From Acidimicrobiales bacterium (GTDB lineage Bacteria > Actinomycetota > Acidimicrobiia > Acidimicrobiales > SHLQ01): a stretch of DNA of 64,000 nt. Positions 45,148 to 54,590 of the stretch are shown in pieces. The translations under genes and the position numbers were made by a program. How positions within the stretch are numbered: position 1 is the stretch's first letter; every line of letters begins with the position of its first letter. The notes under the pieces were generated by a model. The model worked only from the letters and a program-made list of their open reading frames with translations. It ran no database searches and had not been told where the DNA came from. Where the stretch lies: NCBI GenBank assembly GCA_020628865.1, contig JAHDEJ010000002.1, positions 136,643 through 200,642 on the forward strand, read 5' to 3'.

Positions 45148-46958
45148 GCGACAACGACACCCTCACCACCGAAGAAGAAGCCCGCTTCAACGAGCTCTTC
45201 GCCCCGACCGATCGCCTCCAGCTCACCCACGATTGGAAGCGCATGCTCGACGACGCCATCGTCGCCGAGCGCCTCGCAACCGGCAGCCCGGTCGACGTCG
45301 CTGGAACCGTCGACGGTTTCGACGCCGACATCGTCGATCTGACCAGCGAACGAGAGCGCCGCCGCAACCCGGTCCGGATGCTCGCCATCGCCGCCGCCGG
45401 CGTGCTCATCGCCGGCCTCGCTGCCTTCGTCGCGATCAACGCGGCGTCCACCGACACCGACGGCGTGCAGGAACTCGCCCTCCTCGGCCCGGACCGCGAG
45501 ATCGCTCCGCCGCAGGCCGCCACAAGCGCACTGCCGGAGAACACCACGCTCGTTGTCGAAGACGACGACACGTTTGCGCTCAGCGAGGCCGACGGAACCA
45601 CGACGCTCCTGCGCAGCAGCGACGGGAACGACTGGACCGAAGTCAGCACAGCCGACGTCGTCGACGCAGTCTTCGCCATCGACGGAGACCGCATGGCGAT
45701 CGCCGGAGCGGCCCCCGCCGGTCTGGTCGACCAGCCCGGTGTTCCCGGCGTCCAGATCGCGACCGAGCTGGTCGTGTTCGTCAGCGATGACGCCGGTTCG
45801 ACCTGGACCTCGCTCGACGTTGCGCTGCCCGATGCCGCCTTCCCGAACGCGACGGAGGACGTCCCCGAGGGAGCGTTCATGGCCGCCGACGACGTGACCG
45901 TTGCCGTCCACGAAGGCCGCACCGTCGTCAGCTACACCACGGCGCTGCAGTACGACTTCACGCCGGCAGCCCGCGAACTCGGCCTCATTGGCCCGAACGA
46001 TCGGATCGTCCGCATCAACGACGGCGTCACGAACTTCACGACCTTCGGCGTCGGCCCCGACACCTTCGGGCTCGTCGACATCCAGCCGGAGGACATCGGC
46101 CTCCCCCGCCACGCCTACGACGACCTGATCCTGGCCCCCGACCACCCACTGAGCCACGTGCAGGTCTCGATCGACGGCGCTGCGTTTGCGCCCGTCGCCG
46201 ACCTCGAAGCGGAACGGCACCTCAACCCGACGGTTTCGTCCGACGAGCAGGGCTTCTACTACGTCGGCTCCACCAGCTGGGTCCGGGTGTACCGGTCCGA
46301 GGATGGCACCAACTGGGAGCTCATCAATGTCGAAGACCTGGTCGAGGCGTTGGGTGAGACCTTCGAAGTGACCACGGACTGGTCCGTCGCCTACGACGTC
46401 GGAACACGGCAGGTCTCACAGTCGCTCGACGGCGGTTCCTTCCGGCCGGTCCCCGTCCCGGACACCGGTCTCCTGGCCGCCGACGTCGTCGAGACCGAAT
46501 TCGGCGCCGCTGTGGTCTGGCAGGACATCAACGCTGCGGCGAACGCCATCGCCCCCGCCGTCATCGAACGGGACGGGTTCACGATTGAACAGAACTTCCA
46601 GGGTTCCTTCACGGTCACCGACCCGAACGGCAACGTCCTGATCGAGGAGCGGGGCCAGACCGTCACCCCGACCGGTGGTGTCGTCATCGATGCCGTCGGC
46701 TCGATGCAGGTGTTCGACGACCGCGGCGAGCGGGTCCTGCTCGTGCCGGACACCGAGCTGTTCGGCCGGCCGCTCCTCGCAGCCAGCACGCACTACGTGG
46801 GCTGGTCCACGGATGGCGAGGACTGGAAGTTCGCCGAGCTCGAGATTCCCGCCGGCCCCTGGGTCTTCAACGATGCGCCGCAGGGCCTCATCGGCGTCAA
46901 CCTCCTCGACCTCGAGGAAGCGGTGATCATCGACTGGCCGGCCGAACTGGACGGCTGA
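45144..46958 (+). CDS. Putative anti-sigma factor: single-pass membrane protein with an Asp-box (BNR)-containing extracytoplasmic domain
   Basis: Its start overlaps the sigma gene stop as ATGA. The TM is MLAIAAAGVLIAGLAAFVAI. Repeated S-x-D-x-G-x-x-W motifs occur (SSDGNDWTE, SDDAGSTWT, SEDGTNWE, STDGEDWK). Confidence 0.6.
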   Translation: MSDNDTLTTEEEARFNELFAPTDRLQLTHDWKRMLDDAIVAERLATGSPVDVAGTVDGFDADIVDLTSERERRRNPVRMLAIAAAGVLIAGLAAFVAINAASTDTDGVQELALLGPDREIAPPQAATSALPENTTLVVEDDDTFALSEADGTTTLLRSSDGNDWTEVSTADVVDAVFAIDGDRMAIAGAAPAGLVDQPGVPGVQIATELVVFVSDDAGSTWTSLDVALPDAAFPNATEDVPEGAFMAADDVTVAVHEGRTVVSYTTALQYDFTPAARELGLIGPNDRIVRINDGVTNFTTFGVGPDTFGLVDIQPEDIGLPRHAYDDLILAPDHPLSHVQVSIDGAAFAPVADLEAERHLNPTVSSDEQGFYYVGSTSWVRVYRSEDGTNWELINVEDLVEALGETFEVTTDWSVAYDVGTRQVSQSLDGGSFRPVPVPDTGLLAADVVETEFGAAVVWQDINAAANAIAPAVIERDGFTIEQNFQGSFTVTDPNGNVLIEERGQTVTPTGGVVIDAVGSMQVFDDRGERVLLVPDTELFGRPLLAASTHYVGWSTDGEDWKFAELEIPAGPWVFNDAPQGLIGVNLLDLEEAVIIDWPAELDG

Positions 46959-46983
46959 CCCGGCCCACAACCGAATCGGCTGC

Positions 46984-47017
46984 ATCGGCCCCGACGCCAC
47001 CCGGCGTCGGGGCCGAT
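46984..47017 (+). terminator. Strong stem-loop after the anti-sigma gene
   Basis: ATCGGCCCCGACGCC (46984-46998) pairs perfectly with GGCGTCGGGGCCGAT (47003-47017) around a 4-nt loop ACCC. There is no U-tract. Confidence 0.5.
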
Positions 47018-47062
47018 CGCTGTCCGGGTTCACACGGCCGGCATCCTCGCCGATGGGAACCG

Positions 47063-48292
47063 ATGAGACTGCTCTCCGCCACCGTCGCGCTCCTGCTCAG
47101 CCTCGCCGCCTGCAGTTCGGACGGAAGCTCGACGCCGGGCTCCGACTCCGCAGCCGGCGAAGCCACCACGACCACGACGACGACCACCGTGGTCGCTTCC
47201 GATGGTGGCACCGAAGCCGACGCTCCGCAGAGCCTTGCGCTGGCCGATCCGGTCAAGGCCGCCGACCCGTCCGCTGTCGAACTCGACGAGGACATCACGA
47301 TCGACACCACCGTCTTCTCGCTCGTCCTGGAGCCGGGAACCGATGGCGAACTTCCCCTGCACATCGCCGTACCGACCGGCTGGTCGTGGGACGCCGACAG
47401 CACCAGCTTCCGTAGCGGTGACGCGTCGCTGCGTCTCGAGACCGGATGCTCGAACGGCTGCCAGACCACCGCGTGGGAGGTCGTCCTGACGCAGGACGGT
47501 GAGCTGCTCGCCGATCCCTTCGCCGACCTCGAGGCCGGCGGAAGCGAAGGATTCAGCTCCGCATCCGGTCTGGGCGGCGGGACGCTCAGCCGAAGCCGGA
47601 CCTTCGATGACGGCTCCGGCCGCTCGGTCACTGCCCTCTTTCATCATCGAGCCGGCCGATGGCTCGGCTGCACGGCCGACACGACATCCGCCACCGACGT
47701 TCCGCTCGAGATCCTCGGCGACCTGTGCGAATCCATCGCCGCTGACTGGACAACCGTCATCGCGAACACGACGGTCTCCACCATCGAGGAGACCGTCACC
47801 GACAGCGTTGCTGCAATCCTCGACAAGCCCACCATCAACCAGCCGCTGCAGGTGGTCCCGCTCGACGAGGAAGGCGAACACAACGTGAGCATGCAGGTTC
47901 CCGCGGACACAACCGTTGACGTCGACGGCTTCTTCGGCACCGAACTGATGCTGGGAGGCGACTACTCGATCTTCACCGACATCGAGCTCAATGCATCCTG
48001 CGACGGCATCTGCGAAGCGCAGGATTGGGGCAGCAAGCTCAACAGCACCGACGGCGAACTCGGCCGGACCCGGGCCTCCATCGAGCCGCAGAACGACACA
48101 CCCATCGATGCCGGGTGGCTCCTCTCCGGGCCGAACCTCGACGACGACGGCGCGACGGTGCTCGTTGTCCGATGGGACGACACGGCCCGGCGCTACTTCA
48201 GCTGCACGATCGAAATCGACGAGTCCGACGTCGACCGATCCGATGAGCTCCTCACCATCTGCCTGACCGCCGAACCCCTCTGGTTCGGCTGA
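47063..48292 (+). CDS. Secreted lipoprotein, unknown function
   Basis: The start MRLLSATVALLLSLAACSS has a lipobox and is followed by a Thr-rich linker. Confidence 0.65.
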   Translation: MRLLSATVALLLSLAACSSDGSSTPGSDSAAGEATTTTTTTTVVASDGGTEADAPQSLALADPVKAADPSAVELDEDITIDTTVFSLVLEPGTDGELPLHIAVPTGWSWDADSTSFRSGDASLRLETGCSNGCQTTAWEVVLTQDGELLADPFADLEAGGSEGFSSASGLGGGTLSRSRTFDDGSGRSVTALFHHRAGRWLGCTADTTSATDVPLEILGDLCESIAADWTTVIANTTVSTIEETVTDSVAAILDKPTINQPLQVVPLDEEGEHNVSMQVPADTTVDVDGFFGTELMLGGDYSIFTDIELNASCDGICEAQDWGSKLNSTDGELGRTRASIEPQNDTPIDAGWLLSGPNLDDDGATVLVVRWDDTARRYFSCTIEIDESDVDRSDELLTICLTAEPLWFG

Positions 48293-48324
48293 CCTCGCCG
48301 CTGCGCGTCGGCTAGAACGGCGCC

Positions 48325-48963
48325 ATGGCACCGTTCCCTCCGCTCGACCATCTCGTCATCGCTGCACCCTCGCTTGCCGAGCTCTCGGCCTGGTGGAACG
48401 ATGCGCTGGGCGCACCCGCGGCAGAAGGCGGAGCACACACCGGCCTCGGCACCCGCAACGAACTCGCCGGCCTCGACGAGACCACCTACGTCGAGCTGAT
48501 CGGCCCCGACCCCGATCAGCCGACGCCACCGATGCCGCGTCCGTTCGGGATCGACGAGCTCACCTCGCGGCGGCTCGTCACCTTCGCCGTGGCCGTTGAC
48601 GACCTCGACCGCGCCTGTGCTGCAGTCCGCGCCGCCGGCATCGACCCGGGCGAACCCCGAGCCATGGAACGGCGTCGCCCCGATGGGGTGTTGCTCGCCT
48701 GGAGGCTCGCCTTCCCGCCGGATCCTGCACTCGCCGGCGTGATGCCCTTCCTCATCGAGTGGGGCGAAACCGCCCACCCGGCCGCGTCGCTCGAGCCTGC
48801 GGCGGCGCTCCAGAAGCTGACCCTTCAGCATCCGCACGGCGACCAGATCGCCGGGGCCATCGAGGCCGCAACCGGCCATCATCTCGAGGTGAAATCCGGC
48901 CCGGCCCGCCTCGTCGCCGAGCTCTCCACGCCTCGCGGAACAACCCTCGAAGTGGCTTCCTGA
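48325..48963 (+). CDS. VOC/glyoxalase-like domain protein
   Basis: The translation LDHLVIAAPSLAELSAWWNDALG...YVELIGPDP... fits the glyoxalase-like fold pattern. Confidence 0.6.
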   Translation: MAPFPPLDHLVIAAPSLAELSAWWNDALGAPAAEGGAHTGLGTRNELAGLDETTYVELIGPDPDQPTPPMPRPFGIDELTSRRLVTFAVAVDDLDRACAAVRAAGIDPGEPRAMERRRPDGVLLAWRLAFPPDPALAGVMPFLIEWGETAHPAASLEPAAALQKLTLQHPHGDQIAGAIEAATGHHLEVKSGPARLVAELSTPRGTTLEVAS

Positions 48964-49111
48964 CGGTACGTGCCGCTCCTTTGCCGTTTCAGGGCATAGG
49001 CTTGGCCTCGAAGTGTCACAACCTGATGAGCACCCGTTGAGCATCCGGTTTCCGCCACCGGGCAGGCTCGACGACTCGTGGTGAGGCTTCAGTACAGAAA
49101 AAGAGAAGCAA

Positions 49112-49315
49112 GTGTCAACCACCGGTACAGTCAAGTTCTTCAACGCAGAGAAGGGCTACGGCTTCATCTCTCGTGACGACGGCGACGACGTGTTCGTCCA
49201 CTACTCCAACATTCAGGGTGAGGGCTACCGCTCCCTGGACGAAGGCCAGGCAGTCGAGTTCGACATCGCCCCCGGCCGCAAGGGCGAAGAAGCCCAGAAC
49301 GTTCGCGTCGTCTGA
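49112..49315 (+). CDS. csp: Cold-shock protein (CspA family)
   Basis: The translation [30 protein letters not shown] carries the RNP1 and RNP2 motifs. The start is GTG, and a ~150-nt untranslated leader lies upstream. Confidence 0.95.
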   Translation: MSTTGTVKFFNAEKGYGFISRDDGDDVFVHYSNIQGEGYRSLDEGQAVEFDIAPGRKGEEAQNVRVV

Positions 49316-49333
49316 TCGACATGAACTGAGCGG

Positions 49334-49368
49334 TGCCGCCAGCCTCGGCTGGCGGCATTGTCATTTTT
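49334..49368. terminator. Terminator shared by convergent csp and surface-protein genes
   Basis: TGCCGCCAGC (49334-49343) pairs with GCTGGCGGCA (49348-49357), followed by TTGTCATTTTTGT. Confidence 0.7.
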
Positions 49369-50656
49369 GTCGAAGCACCGCTGGAGCCATCCAGCGTTCG
49401 ACAAGCAACAGCATCGAGCCGGCCACGATGCAGATGAGCGCGGCCAGAACCAAGAGCCGGTCCTCAGCTCCAGTGAGCGCCAGAACCGGCTCCACGTCCT
49501 GGTTCGGTTGCGCCACGTCCGCCGGCGACACCGCCTGACGAGGCACCTCGTTCGGATCCACCCCGCCTGCGTCCGCCCCCTCAACCTCGTCGAAGGGTTC
49601 GTCGGGCAGGTCCCCTGGCTCGGAGGCGATCGCCGCGGATTCCACTGCGCTCTCCGGGTCGGTCGGGTCGGCAACCGTCGGATCCGGATCCCCGGCGCCA
49701 TCAGTGGATGGCGCGTCGTCCTCGACGCCATCGGGAGCCGGGCCCCCGATCGAAAGCGTCGCCACGGCCTCCATCGCGGGATCGTCCGGTTCGAAGCCAT
49801 CACCGTTCGGCATCGCCCCCGTCGATCGCACATCTGCGAACGTGGCGGTGACCTCATGGGGCCCGGGCCCGGTCACCTCGAGCTGCAGCGAGAGCGAGGC
49901 CGTGATGCCGGGGCGCAGGACGTCCACGGCCAGATGACGAAGCAGACCTCCCTGCTTCACTTGCTCCCAATCCGGGTCGGCCAGCGTCAGCGCATCATCC
50001 ATCTCGACCTGAACGATCAGCGAATGCGCATTGAGCGTGCCGACGTTCGACACGCCGAGGTCGAGTACGAGCAGGTCACCCACAGCCAGATCGGCCGTCT
50101 CCTCCGCCGCAAGCGACAGGGCCAGGTCGAAGACCGGACGGTGACATCCGAAGTCGAGCGTGCCATCCACCGGGTTGCCGGCCGACACCACGACCGGGCC
50201 GCCGATGATGCCCACTCCCGGGAGTTCGAAGCCGTTGTCGTCCCCGTCGACTCCATCGCCTGCGTCCGGCGTCGTCGGCGCGCTCGACACGCAGCCCCGC
50301 AGCGCGCCTCCGGCCGCCCAGTTCTCCACCGGTAGACGAACCGCATAGCTGCCGTCCGACAGGCCCACGAAACGCCACGAGCCGTCGGCCGCGCTCACCG
50401 CCGACTGCAGCAGCGGCCCGTCGGGTGCGCCGTCGAGGTTCTCATCGGCGAAGAGTTCGACCACCACGCCGGAGACGCCGGGCTCCTCGGCATCGACGCG
50501 GCCGTTGTCGTTGTCGTCGAACCAGACGAGGTCCCCGATCTCCCCGGTCGTCTGCGCGGCCGCCCCGGATGGGCTCACCTGCGTCAGTGTCAGCAGAACG
50601 GCGCCCAGCACCAAAAGACACGTGCCGGCGATGCGTCGCCGGTCGGAGATGGGCAT
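49361..50656 (-). CDS. Cell-wall-anchored surface protein (SdrD B-like and DUF11-like repeats) with an LAxTG sorting signal
   Basis: It has a signal peptide and an SdrD-B-like segment, GDLVWFDDNDNGRVDAEEPGVSGVVVEL. The C-terminus is LALTG plus a hydrophobic helix plus RQK. Confidence 0.75.
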   Translation of the reverse strand: MPISDRRRIAGTCLLVLGAVLLTLTQVSPSGAAAQTTGEIGDLVWFDDNDNGRVDAEEPGVSGVVVELFADENLDGAPDGPLLQSAVSAADGSWRFVGLSDGSYAVRLPVENWAAGGALRGCVSSAPTTPDAGDGVDGDDNGFELPGVGIIGGPVVVSAGNPVDGTLDFGCHRPVFDLALSLAAEETADLAVGDLLVLDLGVSNVGTLNAHSLIVQVEMDDALTLADPDWEQVKQGGLLRHLAVDVLRPGITASLSLQLEVTGPGPHEVTATFADVRSTGAMPNGDGFEPDDPAMEAVATLSIGGPAPDGVEDDAPSTDGAGDPDPTVADPTDPESAVESAAIASEPGDLPDEPFDEVEGADAGGVDPNEVPRQAVSPADVAQPNQDVEPVLALTGAEDRLLVLAALICIVAGSMLLLVERWMAPAVLRQK

Positions 50657-50752
50657 TGGGGTGGACGTCCTCGGGTCGGGCAGCACAAAGCTGCAGGGAC
50701 CGCCCGAAGACCCGATGCCGATCGTACGCGGGCCGCGCGACCGACCGGGGGA

Positions 50753-51544
50753 TCAGTCGTCGCCGGCGGCCGGCTCGAAGAACGTGTCCACCAGCGCCTC
50801 GACGCACGCACCGATCAGGAGCGTCGGTTCGTCCCCGTCCTCGGCCGGAAAGAGCGGTTTGTCCAGCTCGAGTTCCGGGAGAATCGCATGGCGCATGCCG
50901 ATCCCCTCCACCAGCGCTGCGGCCGCGATTCCGAAGAGCGTGTACGCACGATCGCCGTACTGCGGGCGGGGCTTGCGACCGAGCAGCTCCCCCATTGGCT
51001 TGTAGGTGTCTTCGATTCTCGCGTTCCGGTTCGACATCTCGCCGATGCGGAGCCACTCGAGCATCTCTTCATCGCGGTCGGTATGTGGCTGCGACGCGAT
51101 CGCATGGCGAATCGCCATGTCGGTGGACAGGTAGTCGCCCTCATCAACGGCGAGATCGTCGTCCAGGTTCAGCCCCTCGACGAAGGCTGCCTGAATCGCC
51201 ACCCGGATGATCTCGGAGCCCGTGAGCGCCTCGCCCTTTCGCTCCAGCGCGTCGGCCACCGCAGCGTGCGACGCGCTCGCGAACATGGTGTCCTCGCGGT
51301 CCGACAGCCACGCCCGCACGACCGCCCGCTGGAACATCGCCTGCGGTGCGAACTCCTCATCGATCGACCAGGCGGCATGACTCGAGCTGCGCGGCACACC
51401 GGTGCTCGCACACGCCGCTTCCAACGTCACGTGGTCCATGCCGACCTGCAGGCCGCGCTCTTGAAGCTGCCGAAGCCCTTCGGCCACGAGCACTTCTCTC
51501 GTCTCCTCGGCGGATCGTCGGACCCGCGACTTCTTCGCGACCAT
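50753..51544 (-). CDS. TetR-family transcriptional regulator
   Basis: The N-terminal HTH region is RRSAEETREVLVAEGLRQLQERGL...VTLEAACASTGVPRSSSHAAW. Confidence 0.65.
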   Translation of the reverse strand: MVAKKSRVRRSAEETREVLVAEGLRQLQERGLQVGMDHVTLEAACASTGVPRSSSHAAWSIDEEFAPQAMFQRAVVRAWLSDREDTMFASASHAAVADALERKGEALTGSEIIRVAIQAAFVEGLNLDDDLAVDEGDYLSTDMAIRHAIASQPHTDRDEEMLEWLRIGEMSNRNARIEDTYKPMGELLGRKPRPQYGDRAYTLFGIAAAALVEGIGMRHAILPELELDKPLFPAEDGDEPTLLIGACVEALVDTFFEPAAGDD

Positions 51545-51565
51545 GTTCCTGCTGACCGTAACGGA

Positions 51566-51602
51566 AATCGGGAGTCCCCGGTGCAACCGAAGACTCCCGA
51601 TT
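51566..51602. promoter_or_regulatory. Inverted repeat upstream of the TetR gene (candidate operator)
   Basis: AATCGGGAGTC (51566-51576) and GACTCCCGATT (51592-51602) form an 11-bp perfect inverted repeat starting 22 bp upstream of the TetR start. A second inverted repeat, CTGTGAA/TTCACAG, lies at 51616-51638. Confidence 0.35.
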
Positions 51603-51733
51603 CTGACCCGCCTTTCTGTGAAAACCCACCATTCACAGAACTGCGAAAACCGTTGACCTGTTGTTTGGACCCAAAACCCAAAGTAGCGGGATGGACGGCC
51701 GTCGTCCAGCCGAAGTCCCGACGCAGACGAGTA

Positions 51734-53416
51734 TCAGGCCGCCGCAGATGTGAGGTCCGGCACCATCAGGCGCTCGAAGCGATCCAGCGGCATCGGCCGG
51801 TGATAGAGCCAACCCTGTGCCTCCTCACACCCGATCGCCATCAGCGCAGCAGCTTCCTCCTGCGTCTCCACGCCTTCGGCCACCACCGAAAGGCCAAGAC
51901 CGTTCGACATCGCCAAGACCCCCTCGACGATCGCACGCGTCCGCGCATCGTGCGGCAGGGCAGACGTGAACGAACGGTCGATCTTCACGAAGTCCATGGG
52001 AAACTCGTTGAGGTGCGCCAGCGACGAGAAGCCGGTTCCGAAGTCGTCGAGCGCGACCCGGGCGCCGTGCTCCCGCAACCGTGAGAGGTTGATCATCGTC
52101 GCACTCGGATCGGTGAGCACCGACGTCTCGGTCAGCTCGATCACGAGGTTCGACAGGTCCCGGCCGTGGCGATCCGCCGCAGCGAGCACGGCGTCGGCGA
52201 ATCCCGACTCGACGATGCGGGAGGCCGAGATGTTCACGCCGAGCTGTGTTCCACAGCGCTCGGCCAAGCCGCTGAGCGCCACATCGAGCATCAGTTCGTC
52301 GATCGTCGAGATCAGCCCAGTCTCCTCGGCAACGGGGACGAAATGTGCCGGAGCCCGGAGCGTTCCGTCCGGCATCTGCATGCGCACGAGGAGCTCCGCC
52401 CCGTAGACGATGCTCGGATCCTCGATGCGAACGATCGGTTGGGCGTACGCCACGAGCCGGTGGTCGGCGAGCGCGGCGCGAAGATCCGCCTCCTGGGTGA
52501 GGCGCTCGGCCGCCTGCTTTCGCATCTCCTCGTCGAACACCACCACGGTCCCCCGACCGGCCGCCTTGGCCCGGTACACCGCCGTGTCGGCTTCGCCGAG
52601 AAGCTGCTCGGCCGAGCGGTCGTCGCTCCCCGTCGAGAGGGCGATGCCGACACTCATTCCCACATGCAATCGCTTCCCACCGAGGTCGAAGGGTTCCGTC
52701 GCCAGATCGCGCACACGCTGCGCCAGCGAAAGGGCGTCGGCCCGATCCCCGCCCCGGATGAACATCACGAATTCATCGCCACCGATCCGTCCCATGGCGA
52801 CCCGCGAGTCGTCGTGGACCGTGCGCAAACGCTCCCCCAGCGCCGCAAGCAGATCGTCGCCGGCGGCATGGCCCAGCGAATCGTTGACCACCTTGAACCG
52901 ATCGAGGTCGCAGAAGAGCACCGCGAGTCGCTCGTCCGCGCCGGCCTCATCGAGCGCGGCCAGAAAGCGCTGGCGGGTCCAGAGACCGGTCAGCGGATCC
53001 GTTTCCGCCCGCACGCGAAGCCGCTCGCTCAGTTCGACTTCGGCGGTCACGTCTCGCCCGACCAGCACGATCGCATCCTCGTCGACGTCATGCACCATCG
53101 TCGTCTGCACCCAGTGGTACCGATCTCGTCCGAGAAGGACCCGGCCCTGCCAGGTGGACCGTCCGACGTCCCGCGCCTTCTCCACTGCGGCCAGCGAGGC
53201 CGATCGGTCCTCCGGATGGATGAAGCTGCCGATCGGTCGCCGGGCCACCTGCTCGGCATTCGTGCCGATGCCTCGGTAGACCGATGGATTGACCCGCCTG
53301 ATGCGAAAATCGAACCCGAACACCACGAGATAGTCGTCGGCGAGATCGAAGAACCGGTCGCTGTCCCGCAGACGCTGCGGGTCCACATCCCGCTGGCGAA
53401 TTTCCATGCGTGCCAT
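51734..53416 (-). CDS. PAS-GGDEF-EAL protein (c-di-GMP turnover)
   Basis: It has GGDEF (RIGGDEF) and EAL (AELLVRM variant, DDFGTGFS) motifs. The start is ATG 53416 or 53407. Confidence 0.88.
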   Translation of the reverse strand: MARMEIRQRDVDPQRLRDSDRFFDLADDYLVVFGFDFRIRRVNPSVYRGIGTNAEQVARRPIGSFIHPEDRSASLAAVEKARDVGRSTWQGRVLLGRDRYHWVQTTMVHDVDEDAIVLVGRDVTAEVELSERLRVRAETDPLTGLWTRQRFLAALDEAGADERLAVLFCDLDRFKVVNDSLGHAAGDDLLAALGERLRTVHDDSRVAMGRIGGDEFVMFIRGGDRADALSLAQRVRDLATEPFDLGGKRLHVGMSVGIALSTGSDDRSAEQLLGEADTAVYRAKAAGRGTVVVFDEEMRKQAAERLTQEADLRAALADHRLVAYAQPIVRIEDPSIVYGAELLVRMQMPDGTLRAPAHFVPVAEETGLISTIDELMLDVALSGLAERCGTQLGVNISASRIVESGFADAVLAAADRHGRDLSNLVIELTETSVLTDPSATMINLSRLREHGARVALDDFGTGFSSLAHLNEFPMDFVKIDRSFTSALPHDARTRAIVEGVLAMSNGLGLSVVAEGVETQEEAAALMAIGCEEAQGWLYHRPMPLDRFERLMVPDLTSAAA

Positions 53417-53519
53417 TCGGGAATCTCGCCGCCGGCATGAGCCGAACGGCCCACGCGACACATTGCAACTTGATGACGACAACTGCCCTCGATCTGGTCG
53501 CGTTGACTAACGTCGCCGC

Positions 53520-54581
53520 ATGCTCGTCGAAACTCTCCTGCCGCTCGGAAAGCTCGACCCCGGCCTTCGTGAGCCGGACACACCGCTCCACATCGGCGAG
53601 TTCGCCGAAGGCGCCCGCCTGGCCGAATCCGTGGGCCTCGACGCAGTGCTCGTGGAAGAGACGAAGGACGACCCGTACCAGCTCCTCGCCCTCGGCGCAG
53701 CGGCGACCACGACACTCGGTCTCGGTACCTCGGTTGCGATGGCGTTCCCGCGCAGCCCCACCATCACCGCAATGTCTGCATGGTCGCTCCAGAAGCTCTC
53801 CGGAGGCCGCTTCGTGCTCGGGCTCGGCTCACAGGTCCGGGCCCACGTCCAACGCCGATTCGGGATGGACTGGCACGCTCCTGCCCCCTGGATGCGCGAC
53901 TACATCCGGGCCATGCGAGCGGTGTGGCACACCTGGCAGACCGGTGAACGGCTCCACTTCGAAAGCGATCACTACACGTTGGACCTCATGGTCCCGCTCT
54001 TCGACCCCGGGCCGATCGACCACCCGCACATCCCCGTCCACGTGGCAGCGATCGGGCCCAACATGTGTGCCGTGGCCGGCGAGGTCGCCGATGGCGTGCG
54101 CCTGCACCCGGTGTGCCCGCCACGGTTCATCGACGAGGAGGTCCTGCCCTCACTCGCCCGTGGCGCCGCCCGCTCGGACCGCGACGTGGACGAGGTGGAC
54201 GTGTGCATGAAGCCGCTGATCGGCACAGCGGCGAACGACGAGGAGCTCGAACGGGTCGTTCACACGGTGCGGGCACGCGTCGCCTTCTACCTGTCGACGC
54301 CGTCCTACCGACGCACCTTCGCGCTTCACGGCTGGGAGGACATCGCCCGCCAGGCCAGCGAACTCTCCCGTCAGAACCGTTGGGAGGAGCTCCCGGATCT
54401 CGTCCACGACGAGATGCTCCACACGGTCGCCACCATCGGAACGCACGACCAGATCGGCGACCGGCTGGTCGAGCGCTATGCGGGCCGGATCGACCGCATC
54501 GAGTTCTCGATACCCGTGAAGTCCGAAGGCGACGCCGAGGTGCTCGGCAACGTCATCGAACAGCTTCACGCCGCCGGCTGA
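53520..54581 (+). CDS. Luciferase-like monooxygenase family, probable F420-dependent oxidoreductase
   Basis: The LLM-fold pattern includes GLDAVLVEE and RFVLGLGSQVRAHVQRRFGMDW. The cofactor assignment comes from family memory only. Confidence 0.75.
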   Translation: MLVETLLPLGKLDPGLREPDTPLHIGEFAEGARLAESVGLDAVLVEETKDDPYQLLALGAAATTTLGLGTSVAMAFPRSPTITAMSAWSLQKLSGGRFVLGLGSQVRAHVQRRFGMDWHAPAPWMRDYIRAMRAVWHTWQTGERLHFESDHYTLDLMVPLFDPGPIDHPHIPVHVAAIGPNMCAVAGEVADGVRLHPVCPPRFIDEEVLPSLARGAARSDRDVDEVDVCMKPLIGTAANDEELERVVHTVRARVAFYLSTPSYRRTFALHGWEDIARQASELSRQNRWEELPDLVHDEMLHTVATIGTHDQIGDRLVERYAGRIDRIEFSIPVKSEGDAEVLGNVIEQLHAAG

Positions 54582-54590
54582 CGCCCTCCC

